64,000 nucleotides of DNA from a virus (lineage: Duplodnaviria; Caudoviricetes): IMG/VR virus record IMGVR_UViG_3300035696_002955, positions 424-64,423 of that record. One strand, given 5' to 3'. The position numbers were made by a program, and so were the translations under genes. Below are positions 8,774 to 16,580 of this stretch, in pieces (position 1 is the first letter of the stretch; each line of letters starts with the position of its first letter). The notes under the pieces are model-generated. The model saw nothing but the letters and a program-made list of their open reading frames with translations, did not search any database and was not told where the DNA came from.

Positions 8774-9100
8774 GTGGGCGACTACGAACAGCAGCAGCAA
8801 GACCCGGTACAGGCCAAACTCGACCGGATACTTGACCTTTTCAAGGACATGTCCGAGCGCCTGGCCGTGCAGAGCGTGCAGCTATTCGGTGCACCGGAAG
8901 ATCAGTTCACGGCTGGTCATCTTCCAGTGCTGAGAAAGGATATGTCGGACTTGACGGAGCGAGTGGTGGTCATCGAGAAGGTCCACGCCAAGGAGGCGGG
9001 TGCTTCCGGCATATTGCTCCCTTTTCTGAGGTGGTCGGGTAGCGCTCTCCTGCTGGCCGGTGGCGCTCTCTTGCAATGGTTTATGACGCGATCGAGGTAA
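8774..9100 (+). CDS. Coiled-coil protein with a C-terminal transmembrane helix (holin/antiholin candidate)
   Basis: GGAGAG SD before GTG 8774; hydrophobic C-terminus; TAATG overlap with the endolysin candidate. Confidence 0.6.
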   Translation: MGDYEQQQQDPVQAKLDRILDLFKDMSERLAVQSVQLFGAPEDQFTAGHLPVLRKDMSDLTERVVVIEKVHAKEAGASGILLPFLRWSGSALLLAGGALLQWFMTRSR

Positions 9101-9477
9101 TGCAAATGTGGAAGTACGAGCAGAAGAGCGGTAAGTTTATCAACCCGACAGGCAGCAGCGTTTGCATCGGCTACAGCGGCAACGGGGCAGGCCTGAACAA
9201 TCCAGCCATGCAGCAGGTCCACAAGGTCGGGCCGATTCCGCAGGGGATGTACAGCATCGGCACATTCTTTGACGACCCGGAGAAGGGGCCGATTGTCGCG
9301 CACCTGACGCCGCTGCCCGGCTCCGGCACCGACACCTTCGGGCGCGACGGATTCATGATCCACGGCGACAACCGCGCCGCCAATCACAGCGCCTCGGAGG
9401 GCTGCATCATCCTGCCGCACCCCATCCGTGAATCCATCATGGCATCCAGCGACCGCGTGCTGGAGGTGACGGCATGA
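9100..9477 (+). CDS. Tlde1/DUF2778 L,D-transpeptidase-fold peptidoglycan enzyme, probable endolysin
   Basis: YSGNG...GPIPQGMY...RDGFMIHGDN...SEGCIILP catalytic His/Cys motif; lysis cassette position. Confidence 0.85.
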   Translation: MQMWKYEQKSGKFINPTGSSVCIGYSGNGAGLNNPAMQQVHKVGPIPQGMYSIGTFFDDPEKGPIVAHLTPLPGSGTDTFGRDGFMIHGDNRAANHSASEGCIILPHPIRESIMASSDRVLEVTA

Positions 9478-9668
9478 TGCCGCAGCCGTTTTGGGCCGTC
9501 GCACTCGCAGCCCTGGGGGTGATTCTTGCACTATCCGTTCTTTTCCACCCGGACCCGGTGGCCATCGGCACCGCCGTCCTCGCCATCGCCAGCAACCTCG
9601 TTTCCGGCGCACTCGGAGCCTTTGCCGGCCGAGCCAGCGCCAAAGGCGACAACTCCTCAACCCAGTAA
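9474..9668 (+). CDS. Two-TM holin candidate
   Basis: 64 aa, two hydrophobic helices, dual Met start, GGAGGT SD, ATGA coupling. Confidence 0.65.
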   Translation: MMPQPFWAVALAALGVILALSVLFHPDPVAIGTAVLAIASNLVSGALGAFAGRASAKGDNSSTQ

Positions 9669-9693
9669 CCCCGCGCCCAAGGAGGCGCATCAG

Positions 9694-10011
9694 ATGATTA
9701 CATTCAAGAGCGTTGGACATTTCTTCGCTACCGCCTTTCAGCGCGTAGTGGCCGTTCTCCCCAAGGTCGAGGCCACCGAGGCCACCGTCGAAGCCGTTAC
9801 CGCCAAGATTCCCGTCTATGGCCCGCTGGGTTTGACCATCGAGAAGGCGGGTTACGCCGTGCTGGGCGAATTGTCCGCGGTGCTAACCGCTGGCGGCGCG
9901 GCTGCCAGGGCTAAACTGGCCGACGCAGGACTCGATGAGAACGTAATCACCACCGTCGAGGCTCTGGTTGCCAGCGTGCCCACGATCACGGCACTGGCGA
10001 AGACGCTTTAA
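9694..10011 (+). CDS. Amphipathic helical protein in the lysis cassette
   Basis: AAGGAGG SD before ATG 9694. Confidence 0.7.
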   Translation: MITFKSVGHFFATAFQRVVAVLPKVEATEATVEAVTAKIPVYGPLGLTIEKAGYAVLGELSAVLTAGGAAARAKLADAGLDENVITTVEALVASVPTITALAKTL

Positions 10012-10020
10012 CCCAAGATT

Positions 10021-10270
10021 GCGTGTCGGCTCAACCGGCGCGCAGGGGACGCAAATGGGCTCACCATTAAGGGGCGTCCCCACCAAAGTTTGAGAGGTTG
10101 GAGTGTAGGGACGGGCTGGAAACCCCAACCGCTGCGTGCAACTCGTAGAGCCTCTCACATAGTTTGCGCGGCTCTAGGCTGTTCTGGACCATCGGCCTGG
10201 ACTGACCAATGTAGCCGCGCAAAGGTTTTCCACTGTCGGCTGGTGCTTTAACGGGCATGCGCCGTCTTTT
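10021..10270 (+). ncRNA. Candidate structured RNA (four stem domains including a CCA-ended mini-tRNA-like helix) plus a terminator-like hairpin
   Basis: Stems GCGTGTCGG/CCGGCGCGC; GGGGACGC/GCGTCCCC+ACCA; TGAGAGGTT/AGCCTCTCA; TTTGCGCGGCT/AGCCGCGCAAA; CGGC..GCCG+TCTTTTT. Confidence 0.5.
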
Positions 10271-10282
10271 TCAAGGAGATTT

Positions 10283-10471
10283 ATGACAGCACCGATCATG
10301 AAGTATTTTTCCTACGCTCACCTCCCAGAGAATTTGCAGAAGGTGAGCAAGCCGATTGGAGATATTGCATCCGAGTTTGATGCTCTGCTGCCGGACGGCC
10401 CGGAGAAATCCGCAGGACTCCGTAAGTTGCTCGAGGCAAAAGACTGCTTCGTTCGCGCCAAACTAGCATGA
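10283..10471 (+). CDS. 62-aa helical hairpin protein, possibly of the Acb2/Tad1 hairpin class
   Basis: YFSYAHLPENLQ...LPDGPEKSAGLRKLLEAKDCFVRA; AAGGAG SD. Confidence 0.75.
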   Translation: MTAPIMKYFSYAHLPENLQKVSKPIGDIASEFDALLPDGPEKSAGLRKLLEAKDCFVRAKLA

Positions 10472-11172
10472 TACGCGCCATCCAATCCGCCTGTATCCTT
10501 CTCGTGCTGACGGTGACTCTTGCCGTTGGCGCGGTTGGTTTTGCGGCCTATCGCGCCTTCGACCATATTGCCGACGCCGGGAAAAAGGTCGGCGCCGCGG
10601 CCGATGGCATTACGGCCACGCTGGCAATCGTTAACCGTCCCTGCGCCTCAGTGGACGAGAAGGGCAAGCTCCTACTTGATGGACCCATCTGTGAGTTGGA
10701 CGAGGCTATTCACGACGTCCGCAAAATCACCACGGCATCAGGTGAGCAGGTTAAGCAAACAGGCCTCCTGATCTCGGCCACGGCGAAGATGATGGATGGG
10801 GCAGCGGGGGACGTGCATACTGTGTCCGGTGCACTCGCTGGAACGGCCAACGCGGCGACGGGAACGCTCACGGCGGCCACCGGCACCCTCGACGAGGGGA
10901 AACGTACCATCCAGGCAGCACAACCGCTGCTCGTGTCCTACACGCGCTCCGGCGACGACTTGGACACACTCCTGAAGCGCAAGGCCATCGGCGACACGCT
11001 CGACAGTCTGGCGGGGATCACCAGCCACGCCGATGCCATCACCGGCGACGCGCAGCGGGTGAGCGATGATCTGACGCGGCGGTATTTCGCGCCGGTCCCG
11101 TGGTGGCACAAGGTCGGCCCGTTCGCCGAATTTGGCGTCAAGGCGGGGAATAAAGCGCTCGGACTCTGGTAG
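10468..11172 (+). CDS. Membrane-anchored coiled-coil protein (i-spanin candidate)
   Basis: N-terminal TM helix, long heptad region, last gene before a terminator in the lysis block. Confidence 0.6.
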   Translation: MIRAIQSACILLVLTVTLAVGAVGFAAYRAFDHIADAGKKVGAAADGITATLAIVNRPCASVDEKGKLLLDGPICELDEAIHDVRKITTASGEQVKQTGLLISATAKMMDGAAGDVHTVSGALAGTANAATGTLTAATGTLDEGKRTIQAAQPLLVSYTRSGDDLDTLLKRKAIGDTLDSLAGITSHADAITGDAQRVSDDLTRRYFAPVPWWHKVGPFAEFGVKAGNKALGLW

Positions 11173-11195
11173 TTGCTCTTACCTCGCAGGATATG

Positions 11196-11230
11196 ACCCC
11201 GCCGGCCACAAACCAGCGGGGCTTTTCTTT
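11196..11230 (+). terminator. Intrinsic terminator
   Basis: CCCCGCCGG-loop-CCAGCGGGG stem followed by CTTTTCTTT. Confidence 0.75.
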
Positions 11231-11237
11231 GTGCCCG

Positions 11238-11246
11238 TGGTACTCT
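11238..11246 (+). promoter_or_regulatory. TGGTACTCT promoter motif, copy 2
   Basis: Immediately after the terminator, upstream of AAGGAGG SD and ATG 11271. Confidence 0.7.
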
Positions 11247-11270
11247 TCCGAGCGATCAAGGAGGGCTTCC

Positions 11271-11699
11271 ATGCCTTTGCTACCCGGTAAAGAGAACGTC
11301 GGCAACAACATCAGAGAATTTCATGGCGGGAAGACTTTCGCGCACACCGAGGATAAGTTCGGGAAGAAGACCGCCGACAAACAGGCCGTAGCGGTTTCCC
11401 TTCATGCCGCTGGGGGCGATAAGAGCGATCCCCACAAGCCGCACCGCGTAGCTATTGCCAAAATGCACCCCGTCCGTCTTCATCAACACATGCTGGACGC
11501 GGCGGCGGGCAAGCATGGCCCCTTGGCGCAGCAGTCTGCCCAGAGCATCATGCAGGGCGCGGGCGAACCTGACGGTGATGAGTCCGGCCAGCAGCAGCCC
11601 ACACGCGACTACAGTTCGATGTTCGGCGGCCAAGGCGCGGGGCAACCTTCCACACCGTCTCCCTCCGATCGTGGCTCGATGTTCGGTGGAGGTCAGTAA
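11271..11699 (+). CDS. Small basic phage protein (MPLLPGK...NIRE...KQAVAVSL..AG type), often found near packaging genes
   Basis: AAGGAGG SD; motif recognised by eye; TAATG overlap with next gene. Confidence 0.75.
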   Translation: MPLLPGKENVGNNIREFHGGKTFAHTEDKFGKKTADKQAVAVSLHAAGGDKSDPHKPHRVAIAKMHPVRLHQHMLDAAAGKHGPLAQQSAQSIMQGAGEPDGDESGQQQPTRDYSSMFGGQGAGQPSTPSPSDRGSMFGGGQ

Positions 11700-12046
11700 T
11701 GGGTGTCCTGACGCAGACTCCAACGACGGTAAACGCCTCTTCTGGCGCAAATGTGGCGCTCACCGCAATGACGTTTGCGCGCTACGTCGAGATCCAGGAA
11801 GATGGCCCAAGCGCCAACTGGCAGGGGCTCACGGTCACCTGGCCCAATGGCAGCGTGGACAATTACCCGGCCACCGGGGAGCCGATTGTCATTGGCAACA
11901 AGGCTGGCGCCCTTGGCGGATCAGGCGGCCCTCTTGTCGGCGTTCCGGCCAACTACAACGGCTCCAACAATCCGGCGACGACTTACTGCAACGTCAAATC
12001 GCTCACTGCGACAGCGACTTCAGTTCACGTTACGGAGTGGAACTAG
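11699..12046 (+). CDS. Small beta-rich probable virion protein
   Basis: 115 aa, T/G/N-rich; GGAGGT SD. Confidence 0.7.
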   Translation: MGVLTQTPTTVNASSGANVALTAMTFARYVEIQEDGPSANWQGLTVTWPNGSVDNYPATGEPIVIGNKAGALGGSGGPLVGVPANYNGSNNPATTYCNVKSLTATATSVHVTEWN

Positions 12047-12047
12047 C

Positions 12048-12545
12048 ATGGCGTGGCCCTGGATCAGCCGCGAGCACCACGCAGAGGTCGTCGCGGCCAA
12101 AGACGCGATCATCGACTGGCTGGGATCGCAGAATGACGCCCTGCGCGAGCGGCTGGCACAGCCCGTCGCCGTCACCGTGCAACTGCCCGAGGGCTTCGCG
12201 CTGATCCAGCCGGCCATTGTGCGGTCCCCTCGGGCACAGCAGCAGGACTCGAAGCCAATCAACTGGGCGAACGTGGACGAGAACGACGCCGAAGAGATGG
12301 CATTGCTGGCGGCACGGGAGTTTGGCCGCCGCGTGAGTCCTGACACGCTCTCCCGCTGGACGATCGCGGCCAAGATCAAGATCAGAGCGGCCCGGCGCGA
12401 CAAAAAGGCAGAAGCGGCTCTCCAGTCCGGCGTCGTTGGAATTGCCGGGGAGCAGCCTGAAAGCGCGGAGAGTCCTGTCAAGGAAGTCAGCGCCTACGTC
12501 CCGGCAGCCGTCCGGGAAATGATTGCGAACGCAGAGAGGGTCTAA
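12048..12545 (+). CDS. Hypothetical protein
   Basis: GGAG SD; ATG 12048 in frame with ORF 11775-12545. Confidence 0.65.
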   Translation: MAWPWISREHHAEVVAAKDAIIDWLGSQNDALRERLAQPVAVTVQLPEGFALIQPAIVRSPRAQQQDSKPINWANVDENDAEEMALLAAREFGRRVSPDTLSRWTIAAKIKIRAARRDKKAEAALQSGVVGIAGEQPESAESPVKEVSAYVPAAVREMIANAERV

Positions 12546-12549
12546 CAAA

Positions 12550-14958
12550 ATGGCAACGATGACAGCGCCTCTCAGCGCGATGGAGCAGGTTAAGGCGCAA
12601 GGCGCCGGAGCGAACCCCGCGAAGAGCAACGACCCTACAATAGATGCTCCGCAATTGGGAACGGAAGAAGATCAGGAAGCAAAAAAACTGCTTGACGACA
12701 AATGCCGGGCCGCACTGATCGAACTCCGCAGCACATTCAAGCTCCGCTACCAGCCCAAAAGGATGCTGTACGTCTCCGAGGCCATGCGTGCTTTCGAGGC
12801 GCTGCGCGGCAACACCTATGCCCTGCTGAACGATCAATCCGCGGCCCTGAGCAGCATCAACACCCTGATGGCCGGCTTCCTGGGCCAAGGCGACGACCCG
12901 CAGCTCTACGCGCACAACGACAACATCTACCAGGCGTTCGCCATGATCTTCATTGCGGCCCTGATGGTAGATCTTGGCAAGGTGCGCTACCAGCCCGTGG
13001 ACGCTCAGGATGAGGAAGACCTGGAGATCGCCAAGAAGGGCAGCACCATCCATGCGTTCAATGAGCGCAAGAACGACATTGCCTCCCTGCAGCAGTTGGA
13101 ACTGCTCTTCCTGTGGCTGACGGGAAGCTATTTTACCTACGTCCGGTACATCGTTGACGCCAATCGCGCCGGAACGTCGATGCAGGACCAGATCGAGACG
13201 CGTCCCACGAAGATTATTCCCGACGGGTATATGTGCCCGAAGTGCGGCGCGATGACCTCCGGCGACAGGACACAGATGTTCCAGTCCAGTCCGCAATGCC
13301 CGAAGTGCGGCACGGCATTGAACCAGAAGGACTGGTTCGAGGGGCCGGAACTTGACCTTCCGGTGAAGGTGGGGGAAATCGAAGTTGCCAACGGGATGAC
13401 AGCGTTCGACGTGGTGAATGGTCTGATGATCGATGCCAGCCCGGACGCGATGAAGTTGTGCGAGACGGAAATCCTTGATTACACGGTAGACATTTCAGCG
13501 GCCAAGATACGTTCTGCGTACCCTGCGATGTACACGCAGATCACGTCGCAGATGGGGGCGGACGCGAGCACAGAGGGGGATATGTCGAGCGTGGGGCGCC
13601 AGGGGATGACCACTCCTGGGTCGAACAACAGGCCCGTAACGACGCAAGGGCTGGTCGCTTACTCGCGGTGCTGGATCACGCGGGAGGCCTTCAACGAACT
13701 CGAAGACGAGGCAGTGGCGAAGGAGTTGGCGCAGCGGTATCCGAAGGGCTGCAAGCTGGTCCTGTGCGGGCAAGATACTTTCCTCGACGCGCAGAACGAG
13801 TCTTTGCTGGAACGGTGGACATGGTGCGGCACGGTCAAGGGCTTGGGCCTCTACCCTTACGCCGCCGGCAAGGTCGTACTCGACGTGCAGGAGCGCGTGA
13901 CCGGCAACGTCAACCGGATCGACGCTTACATGGACCGCGTGGCCTATGGAACCATGCTGGCGGATGGCGACTTCATCGACGGCGACGCCTTGACCAACAA
14001 AGTTCTGACGCCGGGAAACATCACGATGGTCAGCAGGACCGACGAAGAGACCGGCCAGCGCGTGCCGCTCTCGAACTTGTTCCATCAGATGACCTTTCAG
14101 ATCGACTCGGAGATTTACAAATACACCGACACGCTGACCACGCGCGCGCAGTTTCTCTGTGGCGTGATGCCGCAAGTATTCGGCGGCTCCGACAAGAACG
14201 TGCAGACGGCTGAAGGCCAGGAGCAGGCGCTCAATACCGCGCTCGGCCGGCTGAAGCAGTACATTAACCAGATGCGCGCAGAGAAGGCTGACCGCGCCCG
14301 GCTCTCCGTCAAGTGCTCAGTCGAGAACATGGACGAAGAGATCAAGATCGTCGAAGAGGGAGAGATCAAAGGCTCCTGGGAAACGATCAGGATGCTCAAG
14401 GCCGAACTTACGGGCGACTTCTTCACCTTCCCCGAGACCGACGAGGGCTTCCCGGCCACCTATGCCGAGATTCAGTCGCGCATCATGCAGATGTTGGCGG
14501 AGAACCAGAAGATGCCGTTCGTGTCGGCGATGCTCTCCGATCCTGACGTGGCCGCCGACGTGGCGCGGTATCTGCTGCCGCCGGAGATCGAGCTACCGAA
14601 CGACGCCGAGCGCGCGAAGATCAAGACCATCCTTCACCGGCTCTCGCAAGACCCGAAGGGCGCGATCACGACACCGAACCGGGCCAACCCGCAGGGACCG
14701 CCGGTGGTCATCCCTTCGATCATCCCCGAGCCCAACGTCGACGATCCTGCGATGTGCCAGTTGCTCGCCAAGAAATGGCTCTGCAAGAACTGGCAGCAGT
14801 TGGAGACCAATCCCAAGGGCTATGGGAACGTGCTGGCGTACCTCACTGTAAGTGCTCAGATGGCCAAAGAGCAGCAGGCACAAGCCGCTTTGACGATGGC
14901 CGCACAGCAGAATCAAGGCCAGCAGAACGGCGCGGGAGCCGGGCCACAAGCGGGCTAG
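12550..14958 (+). CDS. Portal protein (P22-like) with a Zn-ribbon insertion
   Basis: 802 aa directly upstream of scaffold and capsid; helical C-terminal barrel region; CPKC...CPKC insert. Confidence 0.75.
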   Translation: MATMTAPLSAMEQVKAQGAGANPAKSNDPTIDAPQLGTEEDQEAKKLLDDKCRAALIELRSTFKLRYQPKRMLYVSEAMRAFEALRGNTYALLNDQSAALSSINTLMAGFLGQGDDPQLYAHNDNIYQAFAMIFIAALMVDLGKVRYQPVDAQDEEDLEIAKKGSTIHAFNERKNDIASLQQLELLFLWLTGSYFTYVRYIVDANRAGTSMQDQIETRPTKIIPDGYMCPKCGAMTSGDRTQMFQSSPQCPKCGTALNQKDWFEGPELDLPVKVGEIEVANGMTAFDVVNGLMIDASPDAMKLCETEILDYTVDISAAKIRSAYPAMYTQITSQMGADASTEGDMSSVGRQGMTTPGSNNRPVTTQGLVAYSRCWITREAFNELEDEAVAKELAQRYPKGCKLVLCGQDTFLDAQNESLLERWTWCGTVKGLGLYPYAAGKVVLDVQERVTGNVNRIDAYMDRVAYGTMLADGDFIDGDALTNKVLTPGNITMVSRTDEETGQRVPLSNLFHQMTFQIDSEIYKYTDTLTTRAQFLCGVMPQVFGGSDKNVQTAEGQEQALNTALGRLKQYINQMRAEKADRARLSVKCSVENMDEEIKIVEEGEIKGSWETIRMLKAELTGDFFTFPETDEGFPATYAEIQSRIMQMLAENQKMPFVSAMLSDPDVAADVARYLLPPEIELPNDAERAKIKTILHRLSQDPKGAITTPNRANPQGPPVVIPSIIPEPNVDDPAMCQLLAKKWLCKNWQQLETNPKGYGNVLAYLTVSAQMAKEQQAQAALTMAAQQNQGQQNGAGAGPQAG

Positions 14959-14969
14959 ATTTTCGCTCG

Positions 14970-14978
14970 TGGTACTCT
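14970..14978 (+). promoter_or_regulatory. TGGTACTCT promoter motif, copy 3 (would give a leaderless scaffold mRNA)
   Basis: Only 8 nt between the hexamer and ATG 14987; no SD present. Confidence 0.7.
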
Positions 14979-14986
14979 CCTGCGCG

Positions 14987-16519
14987 ATGGAAACTACTAT
15001 CGCATCTCCCGCCGCCCCCTCTGCCGCCGCCGCGCCAGCTCCCGTTTCCGCGCCCGCATCTGTCTCTACGCCCTCATCTTCACCGGCAGTGTCGAGTCCT
15101 GCCGTAAGCACCCCCGTTACTCCGGCCGCTGCCCCCGATCCCAACACGCAGGCGCTTTCGTCTGAAGCGACTCAGGCTGCGATGGTCGCCGCCGCCCAGG
15201 CAAAGCTCGGAGTGGAAACGCCGAAGCCCGCGTCAGAGACGCCTGCAACACCCGCAGTGGAGACACCGGCCGCCGATACGGACGTGGACGGGGCCGAGGC
15301 CGAGGCCGAGGGTGTGCTCCCTGCCAGTGAGGCGCAGGACACGGACGACGGCTACTCGCTCGAAGAGGATGGTTTTGTCGGCGCCCGCGATCTGGCCGAG
15401 AAGCTGGACGCCAGCGAAGCGCTGAAGGCGGCTCTTCCCGCCGAACTCCGCAACGAGATCATGGCGAATGCGCGGCTGGCCGAAGTCGGCGCGCAGTACA
15501 AGGAATTGTTCTCTTCCCCCGAGGAAGCCAAGGTCATCACCAAGACGGCGACCGAGTATGCCGGCCTGACCGAGAGCTTTGACGGCATCCGCCGCAACCT
15601 GGGCGAAGGGACGACAGGCTTTCTCAAAGCGATGCTCCAAGCAACGGCGGCACGTGATGAAGAAGGGAACCCCGTCAAGAATGCCGACGGGAGCTACAAG
15701 ACGGACGGTTCCGTTTGGAAGATGTGTGAGGAGATCACAAATCGCGGAATCGCGAGCAAGATCATCAGCAAAGTAGAAGCGCTCGGCGACGAGAACGTAC
15801 AGGCGGCCCTTGATTTGGTCCTGGAGAGTGTAGGATTGCGGCCCTCCACCGCGGATCAAGACCAAAACCAAGACCCCGCACTGACGGCTCGTAAGGCCGA
15901 ACTCGACCAGCAGGAATCCCGGATCAAGCAGGAGAGGGAATCGTCGGCCAGGGAGCAGGCGACGCAGTACACCAACGCGCTCAAGACGGAGCAGGCCGCT
16001 CTGTACGAGGGCGAGGTTGGGAAGCTGCTGTCGAAAGCGACAGGACTCGACGACTTCACACGGAAGGCTGTGGAGGACAAGATCGCCGCAGCGTTCTCGG
16101 ATGCTCTGAAGCCGGGACGTGCAATCGCCTATCACCAGCGGTTGCGCGAAATCAAGCAACAGCCCATGAGTCCTGCGAGGCGTGAGCGTGAGCTTGCGTT
16201 GGCGCGGGAGTACACGCGGGACAACCTCGTAAGGATCGCCAGACCGATTCTTTCCGAGGCTGGCATCGCCGTGGGCAAGAAGGTCGGGGAGCGCCAGGCA
16301 GCACAGGCCGCACGGGCAGAGGGTGCTCGTAGCGAAGTCAATGGCGGAAGAGCAGTCGTCCCGATTCAGGCTGGGACCGAGACCAACTCTGCGCAGCAAC
16401 GCGCGGCGGTGGCCGAATCTCTTAAGGCCCAGAACGGCGGCAGGACACCGGACGAAAGCGAGATCACGCGGGCCATCATGGTTGCCGCGGCTCAAGCCAA
16501 GCTCGGGCGAATCGCCTAA
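14987..16519 (+). CDS. Scaffolding protein
   Basis: Disordered P/A/S/T-rich N-terminus, acidic coiled coil, between portal and capsid. Confidence 0.75.
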   Translation: METTIASPAAPSAAAAPAPVSAPASVSTPSSSPAVSSPAVSTPVTPAAAPDPNTQALSSEATQAAMVAAAQAKLGVETPKPASETPATPAVETPAADTDVDGAEAEAEGVLPASEAQDTDDGYSLEEDGFVGARDLAEKLDASEALKAALPAELRNEIMANARLAEVGAQYKELFSSPEEAKVITKTATEYAGLTESFDGIRRNLGEGTTGFLKAMLQATAARDEEGNPVKNADGSYKTDGSVWKMCEEITNRGIASKIISKVEALGDENVQAALDLVLESVGLRPSTADQDQNQDPALTARKAELDQQESRIKQERESSAREQATQYTNALKTEQAALYEGEVGKLLSKATGLDDFTRKAVEDKIAAAFSDALKPGRAIAYHQRLREIKQQPMSPARRERELALAREYTRDNLVRIARPILSEAGIAVGKKVGERQAAQAARAEGARSEVNGGRAVVPIQAGTETNSAQQRAAVAESLKAQNGGRTPDESEITRAIMVAAAQAKLGRIA

Positions 16520-16580
16520 GACATTCGCGTTGCGTTCAAAGGACGAAGTTCTAACCCTTTGATGAATAAGGAGAATTACA

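Noticed and set aside
10091-10157. Functional tRNA-Ser(GGA)
   Set aside because: No D stem, only 3 bp of anticodon stem, no long variable arm, no CCA; kept only as part of the structured-RNA finding
15233-16495. Long antisense ORFs (also 40245-41618, 47064-48587, 60996-62378 and similar)
   Set aside because: Shadow frames expected opposite GC-rich, strongly codon-biased genes; no motifs or SD
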